NCBI GenBank assembly: GCA_030141605.1
Contig: JAQGDQ010000175.1
Span: 124,001 to 188,000 of the forward strand
Length of the DNA: 64,000 bases
Reading direction: 5' to 3'
Origin: Tubiluchus corallicola
Taxonomy: Eukaryota; Animalia; Priapulida
Shown here: piece by piece, positions 28,456-40,150 of the stretch
How the letters are laid out: each line of letters starts with the position of its first letter
Numbering within the stretch: the stretch's first letter is position 1
Program-made: the position numbers and the translations under genes
The notes under the pieces: model-generated
What the model was told of the DNA's origin: nothing
The model's database searches: none
What the model saw: only the letters and a program-made list of their open reading frames with translations

Positions 28456-28539
28456 TATATAAAACTGGACGCTGATGATTCTGGGTGCCAATTGCTCAAC
28501 ATTGCAGGACAAGATATAACGCCAGCCATTACAGTGCAG
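28456..28539 (+). promoter_or_regulatory. Candidate TATA box and non-coding first exon of the secreted Q/S/G-rich protein gene
   Basis: TATATAAAA at about 28456, donor CAG|GTATGC at 28539/28540, acceptor TTTCAG|G immediately before ATG 29172. Confidence 0.55.
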
Positions 28540-29171
28540 GTATGCCTATATTTAATATATTAATGTTGACTAGTAAGTAAGTGATACAGATTGACACTGT
28601 TTGTTTATAGAAAATCAGTTACCAGTTTAGATACTTTCAGCTAAAAACGGGTGCATGATGGAAATGACATTATGCAGTTCTATTTAAGTTAAGCAGCTGT
28701 TATTAAACATTGTTATCAAAATCAGCTGTGCAGAAGTTTTGCGAAATTTTGTAGTAATTTTGTGGGTGGCGAATTTCACATGTCAGTTTAACGATATTGA
28801 AGGTAATTTGCCGTCAATGATTTGTTTTTATGCTACACTTTAATTTCGTCTAATACGCAAACATATACGAAACATCGCATCGAAGTAGTTGTAGTATTAC
28901 TGCCGGCAGCAGCAGCAACAATAACAACAACAGCAGCAGCAGCAACCTGTAATTCTGAAATTTTTTCTTTGTTGTGCAGCCAAGTCGTGATGTTTCTTTT
29001 CAATAGAAATTTTAGAGCAACTGAAACAAGACCGGCCATTGACATCAATGTTGCATAAATAACGGCCATAGCAAGTAATTAAGCTTATGATGTCATTGGT
29101 CGTCCTCGCTCCATTTTTTCTCTGATTAGGTTGAAATTTCTTACTGATAATTGCAGTTTTGTTGTTTCAGG

Positions 29172-30173
29172 ATGTACTCTTTTGTGTTACTAATACTATT
29201 TGTGGGTCATACACTCTGCCATGATCCCACTGGGCGAAGTGGCTATGGAGGTGGTAGAGGCGCAGGGCAATTTCAGCAACAAATCAGTAGTAGAGGTGGC
29301 GGATATCAACAATCAGCACCTATTAGCATTCCCATCCAACAGTCTTCTGGCCAACAGCTCCAAATTAATGTCAGGCAACAACCGACCAGACAAGCCGCTG
29401 TTCAACAAAGAAGCTTCAACGTTCAACAAAGGTCCGTTCCACAACAACAGTCAAGTTTCAATGTTCAACAAAGGCGCACTGCACAACAACAGACGTTCCA
29501 GCAACAATCAGGAGGCCAGTCCTTTGGAAGATCCTCATCTACAGGCTCATCTTTTGGTGGTGGCTCTCAGTTTGGTTCTGTCGGATTACCCAGTTTCGGT
29601 GCTCAGAGTAACAATATTGATATCAACGATTTCGGAAATATCGATGCAACTGCTTTTGGGTTCGAAAACTTTGGTAACCAATACATCAACGTAGAAGATT
29701 TCGATTTTAATGCAGCGAGACAAGCAGCAGCTGAACTAGCTCCCAGAGAAGCACTTTCCGGTGCTCAGACTGAACAGGTTGTCATCGGTAGTAGGTTCAG
29801 ATCTGGATTTGCTCGTCAGAATGAAGTTAGTCAAAGTACTAGGGAGGGTAGCGGCAATGGAGAAGCTGGTATTGAGCTCAGTGCTTCTAGAGAAGCTTCA
29901 CAGGATGCCACACAGCAGTACACTCAAACAGCCTCTGGAGAAGGTAGCACATCACAAGGGGCTGCTTACGGATACCAAAGAACACCTAACCTTCAATTCC
30001 AAGCTGTCCAACTGGAGTCGCTACCAGTACATTCTGGTCCAAGAAGTGCTGTGCCTACAGGTACTAGAAGCTTGGCAAGATCCACGTCCACTCAGACTAG
30101 ATCTTTTCAACCATCAAGAAGCCAGACTAACATTAGAATTCAAAGTGGCCGTCAGGCACAAGGATATAACTAA
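29172..30173 (+). CDS. Secreted low-complexity Gln/Ser/Gly/Arg-rich protein, 333 aa, family not recognised
   Basis: Long ORF with raised GC; signal peptide MYSFVLLILFVGHTLC; splice acceptor 1 nt before the ATG; AATAAA at 30246, 30442, 30463. Confidence 0.85.
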   Translation: MYSFVLLILFVGHTLCHDPTGRSGYGGGRGAGQFQQQISSRGGGYQQSAPISIPIQQSSGQQLQINVRQQPTRQAAVQQRSFNVQQRSVPQQQSSFNVQQRRTAQQQTFQQQSGGQSFGRSSSTGSSFGGGSQFGSVGLPSFGAQSNNIDINDFGNIDATAFGFENFGNQYINVEDFDFNAARQAAAELAPREALSGAQTEQVVIGSRFRSGFARQNEVSQSTREGSGNGEAGIELSASREASQDATQQYTQTASGEGSTSQGAAYGYQRTPNLQFQAVQLESLPVHSGPRSAVPTGTRSLARSTSTQTRSFQPSRSQTNIRIQSGRQAQGYN

Positions 30174-30534
30174 GTGGACGATTCTGTAAGCTTGTAGACG
30201 CCACAATGTTAAAAATATCTAAAACCGAAACTGAAAACTAAATTCAATAAAAGAGTTCAAGCAGTTTTTGACACACAACTTTACTGGAAACGAGTAGGTA
30301 TTTAAATTTTAAATAGTCTGGTGATTTTCCTTAAGATTTTGTCCCGCATTGTTAAGCAATTGTGACAACGCAAGGCCCATTTGTATAGTTCGGTGTTTTT
30401 GTCATACCTTTGTACGTCAATATTATAGAAAATAGTTTGGTAATAAAACATAATAATAACAAAATAAAGTGTGATTTTACAAACGTATAGTGCTTTATTT
30501 TGTCTAAGTATGTATGAGAATAAAGCGAAGAAGC

Positions 30535-31707
30535 TGTGACGCCATGTCTATAAGTTACGTGCTCTGAGTCTCAATGTCATGAAAAGCAGGCACGACCGCC
30601 CTATAGACGAGGTGTAACACGTGGTTCTGGGGTTCTATAGAGTTAGATAATTTACTATTAGAATCCTGGAGTCGGGCTAAGGCTTTGTTGTTTCATACGG
30701 GGGCACGCGGAACCCGAGCCTAGGAGTCTTAATGAGCTAGTAATATTCGATGGTAGATAGAATACCAAACCAACTATTAAGCTGTATATAACAAAATTTA
30801 ATTGATAACCAGGAGAAAGGAAATAGTTAACAATAACAATTAATCACAGTACAGCAAATATATTCTCTAGTCTAATAATAGAGAAGGGAGGTGTTAGTGG
30901 GGGTAGCACGTGCAAATGATGACGCACTCTCGATGACGGCAATCCAGCGATGACCATATAGAAACGAAATTATGCTAGCTAGCAAACGCTGAGCAAAAGT
31001 ACAAAAGTCTTGTCTTACCAGACACTCCATGAACATTGTGTGAAACGGCAGCTGCTAACCTGTGGGGTAACATCCATGGATTCACCAACTATGGTTTGCT
31101 CCACCAACAATGCACTGTCCACCATAAACTTTAGCGTGACTTCAGGTTTGAACGAATCCTCAGACAATGACGGTAACGGTAACACCTCATCAAACCAAGA
31201 CAACGTACTCGACAAAGACCCGTCAGCACTGTAAGCAATGGCTGTTGACAAAAGAAATAGTGACGTCTACTGCACTATAACATCGACGTTGCTAATCGAC
31301 ATTTCTGACTGTCTTTTCACAGACATGTGAAAATCAGACAATGGTCATTTTACGTGACCTAGGCCTTCAATGACGGCCGACTGACTGCCAGGTTGCACGT
31401 CTCAGGCTATAGCTGTGACGTATGTATCATGTACACTTCATACCTGTACGGGTTTCACACATTTGAAATAAGCCGCAAGTATCGCAGGTATTGCAGAACA
31501 CAACCACAAGACGAGGTGGTGTTAGTAGGACTCCTACACTACTACACTAATTAGACTAACAATACAATACTACTATAGTGACTAATTTAATGTAAGCAAA
31601 TTACACTAGCAAGTGCTACAGCTATCACTATAAAGAACTTGACTGTGAAATGAAAAGGTGACAAACAAGTAAACAAAAATATCATAAATAATAGATGGTT
31701 TGTCACA
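30535..31707. mobile_element. Solo LTR-like element, 1173 bp
   Basis: TGTGAC...GTCACA termini with 5-bp TSD GAAGC (30530-30534, 31708-31712); same TGTGACGCC start as 57413-58608. Confidence 0.75.
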
Positions 31708-31917
31708 GAAGCAAACAACCGTAAATACAGTTGACGCAAAACTAATAGACTTATCGGGTTACAGTAAAGGTGAACAGAACGAATAAATCTGACTGTCGTG
31801 CTACAGAAAATTTCCTGTAAACAGCTATTTAACGCTTGCTATTCAGCAAAACTACAACTTCAATAATTTTCCACATCTTTCAAACCACGGTTTTAAATCT
31901 TGGCGTAATTTATATTA

Positions 31918-32425
31918 AAGGAAAACCACACGATTGATTAGACTCAACCTCATTCTATTTACTGCTCACAATATACATTTATTGCTTACAAAAATTAGCA
32001 GTTGTTTCTTATATTTGAATAATTAGTTTGGAAAATTAATTAACAAGAACCGAAGACAGCCATCGCTTACATCACAAGCTAACCACACTCCACAGTTTGT
32101 GCAATGGTAAGCATTTTTCCTGCGCGTCAAGCATGTTTGCGTGAGGGAGCATTGCTATAAGACGCTGATGTGATGTCAGGAAAATGTGCTCTACGTCACA
32201 CTGACGTCACAGACGATCGCTGCAGTTCATGACCATTATCACGCTACCGCGCCTATTTGTCGCCCACGTGAATGTGACAAAAAGGCGCCATTGCCAGTGG
32301 ATTCGCTGAGCCGCGGATAGCTTTAAAACTATCCGAGGTAATTGTTATTTATCAAAGCTCTGATTTGAAAAAAATTTTGAAAAAAAAATTCAATATTTTA
32401 CAGCATACTCTAGTTTGAACTAATG
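31918..32425 (+). mobile_element. Kolobok-type non-autonomous element, 3'-truncated copy
   Basis: Starts TTAA|AGGAAAAC..ACGATTG and aligns along its length with 63260-63770; right TIR missing where the 5S-derived element begins. Confidence 0.7.
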
Positions 32426-32554
32426 TTACTTACTTACTTACTTACTAACCAATCCAAGTACTAGCCCGCCTCTACGTTGCTTAACTTCTGTGATCAGACG
32501 AGAACCGGTGTCTTCAACGTAATTTGAACAACCGGTATCTTCAACGCCGTAGTC
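32426..32554 (-). pseudogene. 5S rRNA-derived fragment (pseudogene or SINE3-like) with (GTAA)n tail
   Basis: Minus strand GACTACGGC...ACGTTGAAGACACCGGTTCTCGTCTGATCACAGAAGTTAAGCAACGT...GCTAGTACTTGGATTGGT matches the 5' three-quarters of animal 5S rRNA incl. box A and part of box C; 3' end replaced by GTAA repeats; internal duplication. Confidence 0.85.
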
Positions 32555-32925
32555 GTGTATAAGCAGATGCTCGTGATATACAAGAGTTGCAAACTTGCTA
32601 CATAGGAACATGTAGTAATGCGTATAAATTGTCCTCAGATACCAGTATAATTCACACTAACTTTCGTTTATTAATAATCAGTAACAACAGTATACAAACA
32701 TGTTTAATATTACCTTATATAGATTCGATTTTTTTACATTTTCAAGAACGGTAGTGAACGAGTTAAAAAAAGACAAAAATTCGGATTTCCGTGATAAGTA
32801 ATCTAGCTTGTCGCCTAGGATTCACAAATATACGGAAATTTTGCTGTATCACACAAGAAGTCATTCCACGTGTTCCCATTCGCCATCGCCGTAATTATCT
32901 GGTTGGCTATCTGCTACATCCCAAG

Positions 32926-33735
<810 letters not shown>

Positions 33736-36336
33736 ACTATATACACGTAGAGTGACGATAATTGTTTTTGTACGGTTTACATTTCATAGTACATGCAAGA
33801 TTTCGTACATTTACGTTTGAGATCATTATTGATCCAACGATGTCTACCTAGTCGTCCCGACACTAACTTAGATGAATTATAATAATACAGTATGATACAT
33901 AAGCTTTTACTGGGGGGGGGGGTACAAAAACAACGCGTAGTACGGAACAATTAAGTTTTATTCCATCAAAGTACTGCGCAAACAAAAGCGAAACTATCAT
34001 AATGTTAAAAGATCGCACAGCATACATTCTCAAGAGTATGATTGGAGCAGTGGCTCGAAGAACTCAACATCCTCCAACACATCCTGTAGACCTGTTGAAT
34101 GCTGACAGATGACACGTTTTTTATCATCTCAGCATCTCTCCGGATAACAACAGTGTTTGGTTGAGTGCATTGGATTTCCACCCTTTCAATTCATTCGAAA
34201 AAAATTATTCACAATTCAGAACAATTTATTACATCAGTTGTGCTCAATTAATGCTCCAGTATTGCTCAATTAATAGCGAATTTGTTATTCTCTCTGAATT
34301 TAGCGTGAAAGCCTCACGCGTCTCACACAGCCAGCAATTTTGAAGGATATGGTCGAAGCAACGACTCGAATGCACTGGGATGTTCTGCACTTCCCTAGCG
34401 AAATGTTATGTACCAAATTATTAACGGTCTATTGAAAACATGTCACCAAGCATGTTATGCAGCAGTCAACGTACATGATTTTAGCATTAGCATTATATCT
34501 AAGAGCACGAGTTTTGATAACTTCAGCTGCAATTTTAAGCTATGTAGTTTTCCTATTCTATCTTTTTCTATATTTCATCACCCCAGTTATGAGCTTCAGT
34601 CATTGTATCATTTAGTTTAAACAATATTTTGTTTGAAGAACAACAACATATGTATTAGTAATAAATACAAACGTAATAACTGAAATACTGATTGGCTAAC
34701 AAGAAAAACTTATAAAGCCTTTCGGAGCATAAATATGGTCAGTTATACAAAAATTCCATAGGTAGACGATCACAAAAAGTATATTAACTATTAAGCAAAA
34801 ATGAAAAAAATAGTTATGCAACTTGTTGTTAAATAATGGGTGAATGAAATGGCTGGACATATTAGTTATAACCTGTACGAGGTTGATGAAAGCCTGAAAG
34901 AATAGAATGGACGAAGGAGAGAGTATTGCATCATTTCATTCCGAAGCGCTAATTATTTTCACTATCATCTGAAGGAAAAAATATATATTTGCTTGGTGTA
35001 TTCTCGTTATTTTATTTATTAATAAAAAAGAGACAAACAAAGTGACGGTATACATTTCGTGATTATGACAAAAAACTTAATCTTAGCAGAAAACGCCGCT
35101 TGCTTCTGGTTTTACACGTTTTATACTCATCCGCCTAAGTAGAAAATAGTCCCTACTAAGTACTTTTATTAGGTTCAAAACATTTAAAATTATTTTTGAG
35201 AAAAAACACAAGAAAATTATTTACATTCCCTTTAAACAAATTTAAAGCCAATTTAGCTCTTGCGTAAGAACATTTCAAGTCGTATGAAAATTTCTAACAC
35301 TTTGCATTATTTAAAGGGGTGAATAGCAAAACTTCAGATAGGTACCACATCACAAATTATAATCAACTGCGAAGGTGACACATCACCGCTCCCAACATCA
35401 CCACGTAATTTCCTTTTTTATCAATTTTTTTGTTTTCAGAGGGCGGGACGATCTAACAAGCCTTGCTTCTAGTTGTATCGCAACGCATTTATACTTAGAC
35501 AAACGTGCGTGAGGCTTTTTTTATTTCAATGGTAAAGTGAACGGCAAATTAAAATTTTACTCACAAGTCACAATGTTGTTTGTACATGCTAATATTCGCT
35601 GTAAATATGCTGTGAGAAAATAAGTACTTATTGCTTATGACTTGTTGAGATTCGTGGATTACGATAAGAAAACCAAGTTTCACCTGGCTATTTTGGTAAC
35701 ACAGTTCTTTGGCACCCTGATTTTGCTGCTGCGAAGTATAACGGGGATTTTATAACTCAGATTCCATTGCCATAACTATAAGTAATATTACATGTTTTGT
35801 TAGGAAATTAACTAAATAAGTTTCTAGCTTTTTGGTGGTCAATTACCGTGTAGTCGTTCTATTGCATACTCAGAGATTCTAAAATTATCTTTTAGTACTT
35901 GAATTGGTTGTTAGGAGGACTGGAGGATTGTGCTGCAGTTTTTTAACCTTGTTTAACTACTCTAAAATATTCTGACCTAGTTGATAATTTTAAGCGTAAA
36001 CTAAGAGACCTACCAACTATGCGTCTTGGCCTGTTATACTAAGAGTGAATGACTGACCCAGATACCGTTAGGATGTACAACCTACGGGCAACTAGCTATA
36101 TGTCATTTTCTGTCTCCGGAGACAATAATTAGCTACTGAGACAATACTAGACCAGTGTGGACACTAGATCAGTTATATTAAGCTTATGAACTGGTTTTTG
36201 CACATTGCAATGTTGATCGTCTTTTAAAGTAAGCAGCCTAGTTAACGATCTTAACACCACCACAAACAGAATATTTCATTGTGATTTATTTCAACGTAAT
36301 TACTCAAGGAAACATTTTCTTGTACATACGTGCAAC

Positions 36337-39312
36337 ATGAGATGTAAGTGTGAAAAAATAGTTCTTATTTTTGTTGGTATACAAGCAGCATTAATTCTTC
36401 AGGTGGCTTACATAGGTCTGATACCGATGCCTATGACGCTTCAGTGGTCTAGAACTATCTCTACAGGAGCAATAATTGGCGTGGCTGGACGTCAGTTTAT
36501 TAAAACTGATGTTAAAAGGATGCAGTACTCCAGCGCACAGAATGGGTTAGTGGATAAAAGAGGTGAATTTAACATCGTATACAATTTAATGGTTAGTGAA
36601 AGAGTGCAGCAACATTTATACGATGATGATGATATAACTCTGGCCAGTCAAACATCTATACATAATCTCCATCATCTGGTGCACCTTAGTAAGCATTGGA
36701 AAGGACCTATTTCTTTAGCTGTTTTAGCAGTTAATAGTGACGACGTTGTGTCTGCCATCGACACCATCAGCAATCTACGTCGATGTTTCTATTCCATTCG
36801 ACAGAACGCGAGTTTTCATCTAGTGCATCCACTTAATCACTCAATTCCTCAACTTGACATTGCAGCTCATACTAAACTGATTAACTGTGCTGATTACAAA
36901 AGTATCCAAAAAGAAGCTGCAGTTCACAATTTCTCTTATAAAGGTCTCCAATATCCCGTCAACTTACTGCGCAATGTGGCTCGAGCAGCTGTGCTCACAG
37001 AGTTCATATTTGTAGTAGACATTGACATGATTCCTAATGCTAAACTTCATGAGGATTTTCAAAAGTTTTCTCGAGAGAACAGCTTAATGGGACACGGCGC
37101 TGCGGACCACACAGTATACGTCGCACCAGTTTTTGAAACAAAAGAACCGAATTATTTACCTCATGACAAGAAAAAACTCATTCCGTTTTTGAAAAACGAA
37201 ACGATCAGACCTTTTTACTGGGATCTTTGTTCGCTATGCCAGGGAAGTTTTAATCAGTCTAAGTGGTTACAATTTACACCCCATGATTACAAAATGAGAG
37301 CTATGTATGAAGTTCCCTGGAAGAGCCCATGGGAACCAATATATATAAGCAGAAAAGCAGTGCCCAGATATGATGAAAGATTTAAACAGTTTGGATACAA
37401 CAGAATTTCACAGGTATTGAGCTGCATGTATTTTTTGGTACCTGCTTTCTGGTGAGAAACAACTTTTTAACACATTATAACATTTTAATAAATTTACGAG
37501 GTACATCGTGACTATGTTAAAAAAGAGAGGTATTATAGAATTCACGTAACCTATTCAAGAAGCCTGGACTGGTGACTCGATTGGTAACCTGACCTACGTA
37601 CGCCCGATCATCCAACTCCAACTAATGATTCAAGATGTCATTTAATGTTTTATCGTATAACACGACATTTAAAATGTTTAACATAATTATTGTAAAAATG
37701 TCTTTTCTCGCGTTCATTTAGTAGTAATGTCAATATAATAATATCAAAACGGATAAAACTCTGATCATGAAACAGCAAAACCGGACCCAATCTTAAACTG
37801 TAGGTCAAAACAATCTACTCTTTAAAATATTGAAAGGGAACACACTATTTTTTCAAAAATGACTTACGTGAAAGAATTATTACCACACAAATACAACTTT
37901 TCATTCGCGCCACTAGTTCTTCGCTGTTACATGCATTTCGCCATTCGCTAGTTAGACGGGCACTAGCGTCTGCATTTCAGGAAACGCATTATACAAAAAC
38001 AGGTACTGTACCTCTCAGTGACAGCTCATGCGCGAGCACAGCGGTAAATTTGAATTGTTATCTTGAATCATGCCTAGTTTCAGTACAACACACTGAATAT
38101 CTTACAGTAGCACTGTACTTCAATTTTCGCTTTCGCAAATACGTGCAACATGCTCGTAGAATTTTTTGCTATTGAAAATTGTTAGTTTGTGATGTCATCA
38201 ATAGTTGGGCTTGCCCGCCGTTAATTAAGGTATTAATCAATTATTTACTTATCAGAAACACTTTTTAGTATTAATTGTGTTAAAATGTATAGTTTTTATC
38301 GGACTTGAAAATGGGATAGTATATGAAAAATCATCCTGTCTTCCTAAAAATTCCTTACGGCATTGCTCATGAAATTAGAACACTATGCTTTCTCAGGGAA
38401 TTTTGCAGTGAGTCTTCTGTGTTAAATGGACCCAATCCGGCTCTAATGTACATGCAATTGCATTAAAAATAATATCTCAGTGCGTTTTCACTTAGCTTGA
38501 AGTTTAACGTTCCATTTTCATGAGGATTCTTCGCGGAATTAATTTCAACTTACATTAAAACTTAATCACTTAATTACTTCTTTCGTGTTTGGTGAACAAC
38601 TAAGACATTTCAATCAAAAATTATAGATTTCTATTTTCCTGTTTCTTTAATAATATAAACGCTTCTTTGTTTTATTAACGCAGTAGTGATGATTACATTC
38701 GCCAGTGAAAACGAATGGAATAACACATATTATTACATATCTACGTTTACAAAGCGTTAATTAATGTTTTAATACACTCTAAAAATGAACACGTCTTCTA
38801 TGGTGAACCCTATTAATTGCAATTTGTGTAAAATGCAACCTGCAAAAGCACTGAATGCTGGGAGCTGTTTGAGGGCGTGTAAAAATAGCGTGTTTCTACA
38901 CCATGTATGTGAAATGAACTTGCTTGTTTGCATGGGTTATGGCAAAGACTTTTCTGATTTTCTTTTTATTTTGTGAGAGCAGTTCTGCGCGTGAATGTCC
39001 TTGCGTCGTTTGTGAGAAATGCTGCGGGGATCTAACGTCACCAACCTTGTCCCCAAATCACAGGCTGCACACTTGTGGAAATTATTATTGCACATAATTA
39101 ATTTTTTGTAGGCGTGTGAATTACACATGGCTGGTTACCACTTCTCTATACTTAACAATGCCTTTCTTCTGCATCAAGGATTTAAAACACCGTCGTCGTT
39201 TCACATTAGCCAAGCAGACGAACAGCAACAGAACAAGAAACTCTTCCTGGAGTTCCAAGCAGAGATGCGGCGGAAATACCGGAAAAATAGTTACAATAAA
39301 CCAAAGAGTTGA
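36337..39312 (+). CDS. B4GAT1: Beta-1,4-glucuronyltransferase 1-like (GT49 family), 425 aa
   Basis: Exons 36337-37413 and 39112-39312 (CAG|GT, AG|GCG). Type II N-terminal TM; DITLASQTS, WKGPISLAV, YPVNLLRNVAR, DxD motif DIDMIP, WEPIYI, YDERFKQFGYNRISQ|ACELHMAGYHFSILNNAFLLHQGFK. Confidence 0.9.
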
Positions 39313-40150
39313 GAAACAACAGTTGGTGTATAGGCAATGGCAATATGTTTTAGTAAGGCGAATTTAATTCACTCATTGTTTAGCTGCAGTAAGGGAAACA
39401 AAAGCCATACTTTAATTAGCACTTCTTTGGCTGTTGTATAAACAGCCATATAATTACAATGCTTCGTAGTCTTTCGAATAAAAGAGATAATAACATACAC
39501 AATGGAATGTTATACGTACATTATTTAAAATACGAAAAATTATTGACAAGACGTACTTAAGCTTGAATCAAGTACCATTTTTTGTATTTTTCTTTTACAA
39601 CAACGTAAGATAGAAAATATAAGACACAGTATATACAATTAGACATAAAAGACAGGCTAGGCAGCCAGTGCATTAAAAATTTTATACATGCCAATATGAT
39701 TACTATTATACAGTATTTTATATCTTCAATAAAATTTCTGAATTGGCATAATTTTTGTCTTAGAATAATTTTAATTAAAATCAGTACAAAATATATATAG
39801 AATTCATGCCATAGAACAAGCAACTGAAATGATTTTGGCCTTTGCATTTGTTATATCACATACATTATTGCCCCACCAACGAGGAAGTCTAGAACTATAA
39901 TTATATAGTTTCCTACATTAAATTCTACTTTGCAAATTAAATAATTTTAATATTTCACAGTTAAGGAGCTGCAATATATAAAAACTTTGGCATAGACATT
40001 ATGTGTCACAAAAATTATGAATTTTGAAAGCTCATTCAAGTCAAATAATGAGTAAAGTGATGGCAATACAGTTACAGTTTTATTCATCTGTGTAATTTCT
40101 GATTTTTGTATTGTATGAAATAATAATTTTTAAAGACATGTATCTAAATA

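Noticed and set aside
29200-30189. Two long alternative-frame ORFs overlapping the secreted protein
   Set aside because: Expected from CAA/low-complexity codon bias; non-ATG starts and no recognisable features.
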